A program made the translations under genes and the position numbers. A DNA stretch of 64,000 nt, from assembly GCA_964016885.1 (NCBI GenBank), contig OZ024741.1, positions 284,022,001-284,086,000 on the forward strand, written 5' to 3'. Of the stretch, positions 23,329 to 37,327 are shown piece after piece. The notes beneath the pieces are model-generated. The model ran no database searches and was not told where the DNA came from. It saw nothing but the letters and a program-made list of their open reading frames with translations. Position 1 is the stretch's first letter. Each line of letters starts with the position of its first letter. The DNA is from Eledone cirrhosa (taxonomy: Eukaryota).

Positions 23329-23920
23329 TTACTGTTTTCCCTTACCGAGATTTTGAAAAATCGTCATAAGAAGAATGAGGATTTTCCTTGACAGAAGGAC
23401 AACTCGAAGATTTCCAGACTGCCAAGACAGGACTTGCTAATTCATCTTTGCTAGCCCACCCAGTACCAGAGGCCAAGCTTTCGCTTTGTGTTGATGCATC
23501 TGATACCGCTGTGGGAACAGTTTTACAACAGTATAACGCTGGAAACCAACAACCTTTGACATTTTTCTCCAGGAAGCTGAAACCAGCAGAAACTCGTTAC
23601 AGCACGTTTGGTCGGCAGTATATCTGTCGTTGAAACATTTTTCTCATATTCTTGAGGGAAGAACTTTTACGCTTTGGGGGCTAAAGCCGACAAATATTCA
23701 CCCAGAGAGACACGGCACCTTGATTACATTTCGCAGTTTACAAATGATATACAGCACATTGCTGGCTCACTAAACACAACCGCAGACACCTTGTCACGCT
23801 TGCCAATCAGCTCAATTTTGTCATCTCAGGAGATAGATTTAAGGCGTTTGGCAGCAGACCAACCTGTACTTCGATACTCAATCATCCGAATTTGCGACTT
23901 GCAACCTGCAATATCTGCCC

Positions 23921-25054
23921 TTGTCGACCACCAACAGGCAGATCCTTTACGACGTATCTACGGATTCACCACGACCCTATGTTCCCGAGACTCACCGTCG
24001 AATTGTGTTCCTTGCTTTGCACAGCATTTCTCGCCCAGGAGCTTCAGCCACAGTAAAGCTCATAACGGCTAGATTTTTCTGGCCAAATATGAGGCGAGAA
24101 ATTACTGCCTGGTGCCGTTCCTGCATACAGTGTCAAAAATCTAAAGTCCACAGACACATCCAGACTCCACTTGGTACTTTTAGTACTCTGGATGCTCGTT
24201 TTCAACACATCCACATCGATATCGTTGGACCTTGGCCATTCAGTAGTGGATATTCTTACTTTTTGACCTGCATTGATCGTTTTCCGCGATGGCCTGAAGC
24301 CATCTCCTTAAAGGACATTACCACCGAAACGATAGCGCGTGCCCTGGTATCAGGGTGGATTGCCCGCTATGGCGTGCCAACCACAATTACCACAGACCGT
24401 GGTACGCAATTTAAATCTCATCTTTTCTCAGAGCTGACAAAAATTATTCGGACCACATCTTATCATCCTGCTTCAAACGGAATGGTGGAACGTTTTCACC
24501 GCCAATTAAAGGCCGCTCTTCGCGCTTATCCAGACTCTCTACGTTGGAACGAGTACCTTCCTATTGTGTTATTAGGAATTCGGTCATCAATAAAGGAGAA
24601 CCTTGGGTTCTCCCCGGCCGAATTTTTGTATGGTGCTCCTCTAGCGTTGCCTGGGCAAATGCTTGCACCTGTTGATCTTGCTTTTCAGGATCCTCTTTCC
24701 TACATATCTCGTTTACGCTCCTATTTTCAGGACTTACCGCCTATGGATACTAGGAAACAAACTATAAAAACTGCAGTCCCGAGGGATATTGCCTCGTGGA
24801 CACATGTCTTTGTCAGAAACGACGCGGTTAGTTCACCTCTCACACAACCGTACTCTGGACCCTACCGTGTGTTAGCACGTACTGACAAACATTTCACAGT
24901 AGATATTAAGGGATCCAGAGAGACAATTTCGGTGGATAGACTAAAAAGGGCATACACTGACGCTCATACACCTGAGCCACAAATACCCCAATCTTTCTCT
25001 ATTGTGCATACACCTGCTCCTTCTGCCCCACCTTCCGGTCGAAGAGTCCACTAG
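23921..25054 (+). pseudogene. Gypsy integrase
   Basis: Zinc-binding remnant (LHSISRPG...CIQCQ), DDE core, and GPY motif PYSGPYRV. Confidence 0.92.
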
Positions 25055-25248
25055 CCCAAAAAACTCTGTCAGATATTTTTTATATGAACTGGCCACTATG
25101 GAGCCTTTTCTTTTTTCTTTTTCTTTGTATTATGTATGCATGTACCTTTTATTTTTTGTTATTGTTTCATGCCTTTGCTTGGATCCCATCCTTGCGGGTT
25201 CGCTACATTTACCTTCGGGCTTTTCGCCTATCGTCTGGAGGAGGGTAT

Positions 25249-25674
25249 TGTAGTGACCCCTAGCAGTGAAATCCAGAACTCATGAGAGTTACGTCCATTG
25301 GGGACTGTAGTGACCCCTAGTGTGAACGACAGAAGTAAATAGAGTTACGTCCCCATGGGGACTATACATAGAGACAGCCAGAGCACTATCTCTTTTCCAC
25401 TTGCAGAACCCCTGGAGAACGGAGGCGACTTCGCCTCCTTCACCCACGACACGTGAAGTGCAAATATCAGCCTACTCCAGTGAACATGTTAAGAGCAACT
25501 CTTTTTTACTACCAACAGACCGCATGAACCAACTACACCATTACATCATCAACCTTCACAACTTGTGGTAATATGTTTATTGTTCTTTCTTTGACTTCAA
25601 TGAAGTAAACCTTTGTATATAAACCAAAAAGCCAATTCTTGTTATTTCAGCAACTATTATCTGTACTAATACCA
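25249..25674 (+). repeat. 3' LTR preceded by a polypurine tract (ggaggaggg)
   Basis: Direct repeat of 20187-20629. Confidence 0.9.
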
Positions 25675-27240
25675 TTCTTCTAAAAGGTTGATAAGATAGA
25701 TCCAATAGAATATCAGTTTTTTGTACCAGTAGACAACAATAAAGTCTCTTCCTGGTGTTTTCTTATCTTTGGGTTTTCCTATCACAGTCTCTCGGGTACC
25801 ATCATTTATTCTGTATGTTTTTATTGCAGTGTAGAGGTAGTAGTTCTTTTGGATTTCTTTTAGCCACAATACATCTTGGTTGAAATTCTTCTTTTCAGCC
25901 CATATTTTCTCCAGAAGGAATCTATGTCTTTCTATGAATGGGCTTCAGTGACATTTATTACTTTGCCCTTCATATCTCTATAGACTGATGTTTGGTTTTG
26001 TTTGAATCTTTTATTAATTATTTTTCTTTCAGCTACTCTCTTCTGGTATTAAAATTTCTCGCTGACAGCTCTCAATTCTTGTTTGGGGGTGATCAGCTTA
26101 TATTGAAGAGTTCTATTTTATTTTTCACTCCTTGTTCGTGAGGAGTGAAGTTTTTTTGTTTTTGTTTGCCTGTAAGGAACATTGTCACATATCCTATAGT
26201 TTTTTGTAGGTCAGCAATCTTTTTTTATGTTTTAGTAATATATGATTGTATTTTTGGTCGTGTTTTGTTCTTGATAATATCTCTGTTATCACCAGGACAA
26301 TGTTTCACTGTCATTGCCAGGGCATATAAACAGGCTTTGATTTACCAAAATATTCATCCCCTATTTCGTCAATAGCATGCAAGATTTCATTATTTAGTTT
26401 CATAAGGGCGGTGGATTGGCAGTATCGGTAGAGGGTCGGACGCCATGCTTTCCAGCATAGTTACGTCCCTTTACGATCTGAGTTCAAATCCCGCCGAGGT
26501 TGACTTTACCTTTCATCCTTACGGGGTCGATAAAATAAAGTACCAGTAATGCACTGGGTATTTGCTGGCCTTGTGCCTAAAGTAGAAACAATTATTTAGT
26601 TTCATTTTGTTTAATACTGTTGTTTTTTTTCATTCTGCAAGAGAAATGTTTATACATGAATTAATTTCTCTCTGGAAGATTTCATTGAGGGTAAATTTCA
26701 ATTGGTTATATGCTTGATTTTCCAAGCTAATGGCAGATGTTTTATTATCAACAGTGTTTTCCACATCATTCGAGGCTGACTCAGTTGATACAGTCAAATT
26801 TCTTATCAGCATAGTTGTTTGAAGGGACTGTTGTTTGTTGATGTTCAATCTGGCTAGAAATTCTAGTAGCATGGTGATTTGTAGCACATGTTGATTGCAT
26901 GTTTGTTCTGGGGGACTTACAATGAATGATATTCATGTTATTTTTACATTCAACAAACATCACTTGTTGGTGTAATTGTTAGGTTGTGAAGTGATTTAGT
27001 TCTGGATGTATTTCATCCCATTGTAGCTTCATTGTGTTCATATAGCCAATGGAGGGATTTCTTTTTTTGCCATTTTATAACAATTAAATAAATAACTATT
27101 AGGTTTGTAACTCCAAGAGAAATGCAATTTATAATTTCGGTTTCTTCTATAGCTAGAACTAAATAAATTTTGTTTACTTTTCTCATTGCTTTTCTTTGGT
27201 AAAGTGTTAGTGGTGTTGATGTTGTGTTCATCCATGCTGT
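25675..27240 (-). mobile_element. Dong/R4 element, 5' part, degenerate, containing a SINE insertion
   Basis: KTPGRDFIVVYWYKKL continues into the RT at 20186. N-terminal FNCYKMAKK...HPEL region is homologous to 62780-62975. Confidence 0.7.
26405..26595 (+). mobile_element. tRNA-derived SINE with a Nin/Deu-like central domain
   Basis: A-box-like tggcagtatcgg, B-box gagttcaaatcc, ctttcatccttacggggtcgataaaataaagtaccag, and tail ggccttgtgcctaaagtagaaa. Several copies occur in the window. Confidence 0.8.
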
Positions 27241-28068
27241 ATGTAGTAAATCCTTGTAAAATGAATAAAGTATTTAGTCGGATACCTCTATGAATTTGAA
27301 TAAAAGGTGTCTTCAGTCGATATAGTTAGAAGAATATCCAATTATTCAGCATAACTGGTAGTTGTGACATTACTGTTGGAGATAGTATTCATCTTAAATT
27401 TATGAATAGTCTCTCACACCAATATGTGTGACTGGTCGTGTTGATGTATGTATGTATGTATGTATGTATGTATGTATGTATATGTGTGTGTGTGTGTGTA
27501 TGCATGCATGTATGTATGTGAGAATAAGAGAGTAAGTGAAAGTAATGATTCCAGTAATCTGTCACCATTAGAGCTATACTTACGGGAGATATGTGTGGTA
27601 CAATCTGAGCCTATAGGTTCCTCATAATTTTCAATCCAATCCTTTGTAATACATGTGAATTTAACCTGAAGAAAGATAATGAATCTAAAATATTATCACT
27701 TATTCCCAAACCTTTCATTACCAATGACCTGTTTTTATTTAAATGAATTTTAACCACATGCCACTAAAACTACAAATACCCCCACTTTTAAATTGTTATA
27801 CAAAGAGAATAGCAATCGAAAGAGAGAAATGTTTATATGTATATTATATTTTTAACAAAATACTTGAAATTGTTATATAATGAGAATAACAATTGAAAGA
27901 GAGAAATATTTACACTTAGAGAAGAATAGATACTTAATGGTGTGTATATATTATGTTTATAAGAAAGTACTTGAAATCTTATACAACATACTTAACATGC
28001 ATGCAAGGAGAGTGGCGTGTAATACAATTCAGCTTACTACATCATAACATTGAAAAGATGAAAAATAC

Positions 28069-28203
28069 TTAAAGGCATGTACTGTCCAAGCTTGTAGGGG
28101 GGCTTAAACTGGGCGGAATACAACATTCTTTCTCATGCTGAAAATCGCAACCATGTGTGAGGGAGGATCCTCTACACGTGTCTGTAACTTGTACACCTGG
28201 AGG
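28069..28203 (-). CDS. Host exon PPGVQVTDTCRGSSLTHGCDFQHEKECCIPPSLSPPTSLDSTCL* (terminal, or internal through a weak donor)
   Basis: Acceptor tttccacag|, phase 0, matches the donor of exon 37836. More GC-rich than its flanks. Confidence 0.65.
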   Translation of the reverse strand, partial: PPGVQVTDTCRGSSLTHGCDFQHEKECCIPPSLSPPTSLDSTCL

Positions 28204-28412
28204 CTGTGGAAATTATAGAGAGTGGCCCCCATATAATAAATAAGTGCTCTAATTTTTTTAATACTTATTTGACACAAAATACCTAAAACTTTCTTTAAAC
28301 ACTTTAGTCAACACATAACTTGTATTCCTCCCCCATCAACGTAAAGCTAACTACACTGAAACAAAATATTTAGATGGAGACAAAGCAACTGCAAAACAGG
28401 ATTTATCCCAAG

Positions 28413-31400
28413 CATACAACACTCCCCTGTAACACTGTCAAACCAAGGACTTCCTGGAACATACAACACTCTCCTGTAACACTGTCATACCAAGGACTTC
28501 CTGGAACATACAACACTCTCCTGTAACACTGTCAAACCAAGGACTTCCTGGAACATACAACACTCTCCTGTAAAACTGTCATACCAAGGACTTCCTGGAA
28601 CATACAACACTCTCCTGTAACACTGTCATACCAAGGTCTTCCTGGAACATACAACACTCTCCTGTAACAGTCATACCAAGGTTTCCTAGAACATACAACA
28701 CTCTCCTGTAACACTGTCATACCAAGTACTTCCTGGAACATACAACACTCTCCTGTAACACTGTCATACCAGGGTCTTCCTGGAACATACAATACTCTCC
28801 TGTAACACTGTCATACCAAGGTCTTCCTGGAACATACAACACTCTCCTGTAACACTGTCATACCAAGGTCTTCCTGGAACATACAATACTCTCCTGTAAC
28901 ACTGTCATACCAAGGTCTTCCTGGAACATACAACACTCTCCTGTAACACTGTCATACCAAGGTCTTCCTGGAACATACAACACTCTCCTGTAACACTGTC
29001 ATGCCAAGGTCTTCCTGGAACATACAACACTCTCCTGTAACAGTCATACCAAGGTCTCCTAGAACATACAACACTCTCCTGTAACACTGTCATACCAAGG
29101 ACTTCCTGGAACATACAACACTCTCCTGTAACACTGTAATACCAAGGACTTCCTGGAACATACAACACTCTCCTGTAACACTGTCATACCAAGGTCTTCC
29201 TGGAACATACAACACTCTCCTGTAACAGTCATACCAAGGTCTCCTAGAACATACAACACTCTCCTGTAACACTGTCATACCAAGGACTTCCTGGAACATA
29301 CAACACTCTCCTGTAACACTGTCATACCAAGGTCTTCCTGGAACATACAACACTCTCCTGTAACACTGTCATACCAAGGTCTTCCTGGAACATACAACAC
29401 TCTCCTGTAACACTGTCATACCAAGGTCTTCCTGGAACATACAACACTCTCCTGTAACACTGTCATACCAAGGTCTTCCTGGAACATACAACACTCTCCT
29501 GTAACAGTCATACCAAGGTTTCCTAGAACATACAACACTCTCCTGTAACACTGTCATACCAAGGTCTTCCTGGAACATACAACACTCTCCTGTAACACAG
29601 TCATACCAAGGACTTCCTGGAACATACAACACTCTCCTGTAACACTGTCATACCAAGGTCTTCCTGGAACATACAATACTCTCCTGTAACACTGTCATAC
29701 CAAGGTCTTCCTGGAACATACAACACTCTCCTGTAACACAGTCATACCAAGGTCTTCCTGGAACATACAACACTCTCCTGTAACACAGTCATACCAAGGT
29801 CTTCCTGGAACATACAATACTCTCCTGTAACACAGTCATACCAAGGTCTTCCTGGAACATACAATACTCTCCTGTAATACAGTCATACCAAGGTCTTCCT
29901 GGAACATACAACACTCTCCTGTAACACTGTCATACCAAGGACTTCCTGGAACATACAACACTCTCCTGTAACACTGTAATACCAAGGACTTCCTGGAACA
30001 TACAACACTCTCCTGTAACACAGTCATACCAAGGTCTTCCTGGAACATACAAGACTCTCCTGTAACACAGTCATACCAAGGTCTTCCTGGAACATACAAC
30101 ACTCTCCTGTAACACAGTCATACCAAGGTCTTCCTGGAACATACAACACTCTCCTGTAACACAGTCATACCAAGGTCTTCCTGGAACATACAACACTCTC
30201 CTGTAACACAGTCATACCAAAGTCTTCCTGGAACATACAACACTCTCCTGTAAGAGTCATACCAAGGTCTTCCTGGAACATACAACACTCTCCTGTAACA
30301 CTGTCATACCAAGGTCTTCCTGGAACATACAACACTCTCCTGTAACACAGTCATACCAAGGTCTTCCTGGAACATACAACACTCTCCTGTAACACAGTCA
30401 TACCAAGGTCTTCCTGGAACATACAACACTCTCCTGTAACAGTCATACCAAGGTCTTCCTGGAACATACAACACTCTCCTGTAACACTGTCATACCAAGG
30501 ACTTCCTGGAACATACAACACTCTCCTGTAACAGTCATACCAAGGTCTTCCTGGAACATACAACACTCTCCTGTAACAGTCATACCAAGGTCTCCTAGAA
30601 CATACAACACTCTCCTGTAACACTGTCATACCAAGGACTTCCTGGAACATACAACACTCTCCTGTAACACTGTCATACCAAGGTCTTCCTGGAACATACA
30701 ATACTCTCCTGTAATACAGTCATACCAAGGTCTTCCTGGAACATACAATACTCTCCTGTAACACTGTCATACCAAGGTCTTCCTGGAACATACAACACTC
30801 TATTGTAACAGTCATACCAAGGTCTTCCTAGAACATACAACACTCTCCTGTAACACTGTCATACCAAGGTCTTCCTGGAACATACAACACTCTCCTGTAA
30901 CACTGTCATACCAAGGTCTTCCTGGAACATACAATACTCTCCTGTAACACAGTCATACCAAGGTCTTCCTGGAACATACAACACTCTCCTGTAACACAGT
31001 CATACCAAGGTCTTCCTGGGACATACAATACTCTCCTGTAACACAGTCATACCAAGGTATTCCTGGAACATACAACACTCTCCTGTAACACTGTCATACC
31101 AAGGACTTCCTGGAACATACAACACTCTCCTGTAACACAGTCATACCAAGGTCTTCCTGGAACATACAATACTCTCCTGTAACAGTCATACCAAGGTCTT
31201 CCTGGAATATACAACACTCTCCTGTAACACAGTCATACCAAGGTCTTCCTGGAACATAGAATACTCTCCTGTAACACAGTCATACCAAGGTCTTCCTGGA
31301 ACATACAACACTCTCCTGAAACACTGTCATACCAAGGTCTTCCTGGAACATACAATACTCTCCTGTAACACAGTCATACCAAGGTCTTCCTGGAACATAC

Positions 31401-34400
31401 AACACTCTCCTGTAACACAGTCATACCAAGGTCTTCCTGGAACATACAACACTCTCCTGTAACACTGTCATACCAAGGTCTTCCTGGAACATACAACACT
31501 CTCCTGTAACACTGTCATACCAAGGTCTTCCTGGAACATACAACACTCTCCTGTAACAGTTATACCAAGGTTTCCTAGAACATACAACACTCTCCTGTAA
31601 CACTGTCATACCAAGGTCTTCCTGGAACATACAACACTCTCCTGTAACACAGTCATACCAAGGACTTCCTGGAACATACAACACTCTCCTGTAACACTGT
31701 CATACCAAGGTCTTCCTGGAACATACAATACTCTCCTGTAACACTGTCATACCAAGGTCTTCCTGGAACATACAACACTCTCCTGTAACACAGTCATACC
31801 AAGGTCTTCCTGGAACATACAACACTCTCCTGTAACACAGTCATACCAAGGTCTTCCTGGAACATACAATACTCTCCTGTAACACAGTCATACCAAGGTC
31901 TTCCTGGAACATACAATACTCTCCTGTAATACAGTCATACCAAGGTCTTCCTGGAACATACAACACTCTCCTGTAACACAGTCATACCAAGGTCTTCCTG
32001 GAACATACAAGACTCTCCTGTAACACAGTCATACCAAGGTCTTCCTGGAACATACAACACTCTCCTGTAACACAGTCATACCAAGGTCTTCCTGGAACAT
32101 ACAACACTCTCCTGTAACACAGTCATACCAAGGTCTTCCTGGAACATACAACACTCTCCTGTAACACAGTCATACCAAAGTCTTCCTGGAACATACAACA
32201 CTCTCCTGTAACAGTCATACCAAGGTCTTCCTGGAACATACAACACTCTCCTGTAACACTGTCATACCAAGGTCTTCCTGGAACATACAACACTCTCCTG
32301 TAACACAGTCATACCAAGGTGTTCCTGGAACATACAATACTCTCCTGTAATACAGTCATACCAAGGTCTTCCTGGAACATACAACACTCTATTGTAACAG
32401 TCATACCAAGGTCTTCCTAGAACATACAACACTCTCCTGTAACACTGTCATACCAAGGTCTTCCTGGAACATACAACACTCTATTGTAACAGTCATACCA
32501 AGGTCTTCCTAGAACATACAACACTCTCCTGTAACACTGTCATACCAAGGTCTTCCTGGAACATACAACACTCTCCTGTAACACTGTCATACCAAGGTCT
32601 TCCTGGAACATACAATACTCTCCTGTAACACAGTCATACCAAGGTCTTCCTGGAACATACAACACTCTCCTGTAACACAGTCATACCAAGGTCTTCCTGG
32701 GACATACAATACTCTCCTGTAACACAGTCATACCAAGGTATTCCTGGAACATACAACACTCTCCTGTAACACTGTCATACCAAGGACTTCCTGGAACATA
32801 CAACACTCTCCTGTAACACAGTCATACCAAGGTCTTCCTGGAACATACAATACTCTCCTGTAACAGTCATACCAAGGTCTTCCTGGAATATACAACACTC
32901 TCCTGTAACACAGTCATACCAAGGTCTTCCTGGAACATAGAATACTCTCCTGTAACACAGTCATACCAAGGTCTTCCTGGAACATACAACACTCTCCTGA
33001 AACACTGTCATACCAAGGTCTTCCTGGAACATACAATACTCTCCTGTAACACAGTCATACCAAGGTCTTCCTGGAACATACAACACTCTCCTGTAACACA
33101 GTCATACCAAGGTCTTCCTGGAACATACAACACTCTCCTGTAACACAGTCATACCAAGGTCTTCCTGGAACATACAACACTCTCCTGTAACACTGTCATA
33201 CCAAGGTCTTCCTAGAACATACAACACTCTCCTGTAACACAGTCATACCAAGGTCTTCCTGGAACATACAACACTCTCCTGTAACACAGTCATACCAAGG
33301 TCTTCCTGGAACATACAACACTCTCCTGTAACACTGTCATACCAAGGTCTTCCTGGAACATACAACACTCTCCTGTAACACAGTCATACCAAGGTCTTCC
33401 TGGAACATACAACACTCTCCTGTAACACAGTCATACCAAGGTCTTCTTGGAACATACAAAGCTGTACTCTAACACTGTCATACAAGAACATCCTGGAACA
33501 TACAACACTCTCCTGTAACACGGTCATACCAAGGACTTCCTGGAACATACAACACTCTCCTGTAACACAGTCATACCAAGGTCTCCTGGAACATACAACA
33601 CTCTCCTGTAACAGTCATACCAAGGTCTTCGTGGAACATACAACACTCTCCTGTAACAGTCATACCAAGGTCTTCGTGGAACATACAACACTCTCCTGTA
33701 ACACTGTCATACCAAGGTCTTCCTGGAACGTACAACACTCTCCTGTAACACTGTCATACCAAGGTCTTCCTGGAACATACAACACTCTCCTGTAACACAG
33801 TCATACCAAGGTCTTCCTGGAACATACAACACTCTCCTGTAACACTGTCATACCAAGGACTTCCTGGAACATACAACACTCTCCTGTAACACTGTCAAAC
33901 CAAGGACTTCCTGGAACATACAACACTCTCCTGTAACACTGTCATACCAAGGACTTCCTGGAACATACAACACTCTCCTGTAACACTGTCATACCAAGGT
34001 CTTCCTGGAACATACAACACTCTCCTGTAACACTGTCATACCAAGGTCTTCCTGGAATATACAACACTCTCCTGTAACACAGTCATACCAAGGTCTTCCT
34101 GGAACATACAACACTCTCCTGTAACACTGTCATACCAAGGTCTTCCTGGAACATACAACACTCTCCTGTAACACTGTCATACCAAGGTCTTCCTGGAACA
34201 TACAACACTCTCCTGTAACAGTCATACCAAGGTTTCCTAGAACATACAACACTCTCCTGTAACACTGTCATACCAAGGTCTTCCTGGAACATACAACACT
34301 CTCCTGTAACACAGTCATACCAAGGACTTCCTGGAACATACAACACTCTCCTGTAACACTGTCATACCAAGGTCTTCCTGGAACATACAATACTCTCCTG

Positions 34401-37327
34401 TAACACTGTCATACCAAGGTCTTCCTGGAACAGACAACACTCTCCTGTAACACAGTCATACCAAGGTCTTCCTGGAACATACAACACTCTCCTGTAACAC
34501 AGTCATACCAAGGTCTTCCTGGAACATACAATACTCTCCTGTAACACAGTCATACCAAGGTCTTCCTGGAACATACAATACTCTCCTGTAATACAGTCAT
34601 ACCAAGGTCTTCCTGGAACATACAACACTCTCCTGTAACACAGTCATACCAAGGTCTTCCTGGAACATACAAGACTCTCCTGTAACACAGTCATACCAAG
34701 GTCTTCCTGGAACATACAACACTCTCCTGTAACACAGTCATACCAAGGTCTTCCTGGAACATACAACACTCTCCTGTAACACAGTCATACCAAGGTCTTC
34801 CTGGAACATACAACACTCTCCTGTAACACAGTCATACCAAAGTCTTCCTGGAACATACAACACTCTCCTGTAACAGTCATACCAAGGTCTTCCTGGAACA
34901 TACAACACTCTCCTGTAACACTGTCATACCAAGGTCTTCCTGGAACATACAACACTCTCCTGTAACACAGTCATACCAAGGTCTTCCTGGAACATACCAT
35001 ACTCTCCTGTAATACAGTCATACCAAGGTCTTCCTGGAACATACAACACTCTATTGTAACAGTCATACCAAGGTCTTCCTAGAACATACAACACTCTCCT
35101 GTAACACTGTCATACCAAGGTCTTCCTGGAACATACAACACTCTATTGTAACAGTCATACCAAGGTCTTCCTAGAACATACAACACTCTCCTGTAACACT
35201 GTCATACCAAGGTCTTCCTGGAACATACAACACTCTCCTGTAACACTGTCATACCAAGGTCTTCCTGGAACATACAATACTCTCCTGTAACACAGTCATA
35301 CCAAGGTCTTCCTGGAACATACAACACTCTCCTGTAACACAGTCATACCAAGGTCTTCCTGGGACATACAATACTCTCCTGTAACACAGTCATACCAAGG
35401 TATTCCTGGAACATACAACACTCTCCTGTAACACTGTCATACCAAGGACTTCCTGGAACATACAACACTCTCCTGTAACACAGTCATACCAAGGTCTTCC
35501 TGGAACATACAATACTCTCCTGTAACAGTCATACCAAGGTCTTCCTGGAATATACAACACTCTCCTGTAACACAGTCATGCCAAGGTCTTCCTGGAACAT
35601 AGAATACTCTCCTGTAACACAGTCATACCAAGGTCTTCCTGGAACATACAACACTCTCCTGAAACACTGTCATACCAAGGTCTTCCTGGAACATACAATA
35701 CTCTCCTGTAACACAGTCATACCAAGGTCTTCCTGGAACATACAACACTCTCCTGTAACACAGTCATACCAAGGTCTTCCTGGAACATACAACACTCTCC
35801 TGTAACACAGTCATACCAAGGTCTTCCTGGAACATACAACACTCTCCTGTAACACTGTCATACCAAGGTCTTCCTAGAACATACAACACTCTCCTGTAAC
35901 ACAGTCATACCAAGGTCTTCCTGGAACATACAACACTCTCCTGTAACACAGTCATACCAAGGTCTTCCTGGAACATACAACACTCTCCTGTAACACTGTC
36001 ATACCAAGGTCTTCCTGGAACATACAACACTCTCCTGTAACACAGTCATACCAAGGTCTTCCTGGAACATACAACACTCTCCTGTAACACAGTCATACCA
36101 AGGTCTTCTTGGAACATACAAAGCTGTACTCTAACACTGTCATACAAGAACATCCTGGAACATACAACACTCTCCTGTAACACGGTCATACCAAGGACTT
36201 CCTGGAACATACAACACTCTCCTGTAACACAGTCATACCAAGGTCTCCTGGAACATACAACACTCTCCTGTAACAGTCATACCAAGGTCTTCGTGGAACA
36301 TACAACACTCTCCTGTAACAGTCATACCAAGGTCTTCGTGGAACATACAACACTCTCCTGTAACACTGTCATACCAAGGTCTTCCTGGAACGTACAACAC
36401 TCTCCTGTAACACTGTCATACCAAGGTCTTCCTGGAACATACAACACTCTCCTGTAACACAGTCATACCAAGGTCTTCCTGGAACATACAACACTCTCCT
36501 GTAACAGTCATCCCAGGGTCTTCCTGGAACATACAACACTCTCCTGTAACACTGTCATACCAAGGTCTACCTGGAACATACAACACTCTCCTGTAACAGT
36601 CATACCAAGGTCTTCCTGGAATATACAACACTCTCCTGTAACACAGTCATACCAAGGTCTCCTGGAACATACAACACTCTCCTGTAACACAGTCATACCA
36701 AGGTCTCCTGGAACATACAACACTCTCCTGTAACAGTCATACCAAGGTCTTCGTGGAACATAGAACACTCTCCTGTAACAGTCATACCAAGGTCTTCGTG
36801 GAACATACAACACTCTCCTGTAACACTGTCATACCAAGGTCTTCCTGGAACGTACAACACTCTCCTGTAACACTGTCATACCAATGTCTTCCTGGAACAT
36901 ACAACACTCTCCTGTAACACAGTCATACCAAGGTCTTCCTGGAACATACAACACTCTCCTGTAACAGTCATCCCAGGGTCTTCCTGGAACATACAACACT
37001 CTCCTGTAACACTGTCATACCAAGGTCTACCTGGAACATACAACACTCTCCTGTAACACAGTCATACCAAGGTCTTCCTGGAACATACAACACTCTCCTG
37101 TAACACTGTCATACCAAGGTCTTCCTGGAACATACAAAGCTGTACTCTAACACTGTCATACAAGAACATCCTGGAACATACAACACTCTCCTGTAACACA
37201 GTCATACCAAGGTCTCCTGGAACATACAACACTCTCCTGTAACACAGTCATACCAAGGTCTCCTGGAACATACAACACTCTCCTGTAACACTGTCATACC
37301 AAGGTCTCCTGGAACATACAAAGCTGT
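28413..37327. repeat. 47-bp satellite array (~190 units; CTGGAACATACAACACTCTCCTGTAACACTGTCATACCAAGGTCTTC) with 44-46-bp variants and higher-order duplications
   Basis: Unit period is 47 (for example 28501 to 28548). Variant patterns recur at a 2662-bp offset. Confidence 0.98.

Larger units (their letters stand above)
20187..25674 (+). mobile_element. Ty3/Gypsy LTR retrotransposon, decayed, gag N-terminus missing, inserted in the R4 element
   Basis: Two LTRs, PBS and PPT. Gag C-terminus LCWYCERF..A..C..PC, protease FLVDTGAS, RT YIDD, RNase H VDASD and integrase HIDIVGP..TDRGTQF..NGMVER, in Gypsy domain order. Confidence 0.95.

Noticed and set aside
28413-37327. CRISPR array or repetitive protein-coding gene
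   Set aside because: There are no unique spacers and no cas genes, and the context is eukaryotic. The 47-bp unit is not a multiple of 3, so the ORFs cycle frames and stop.
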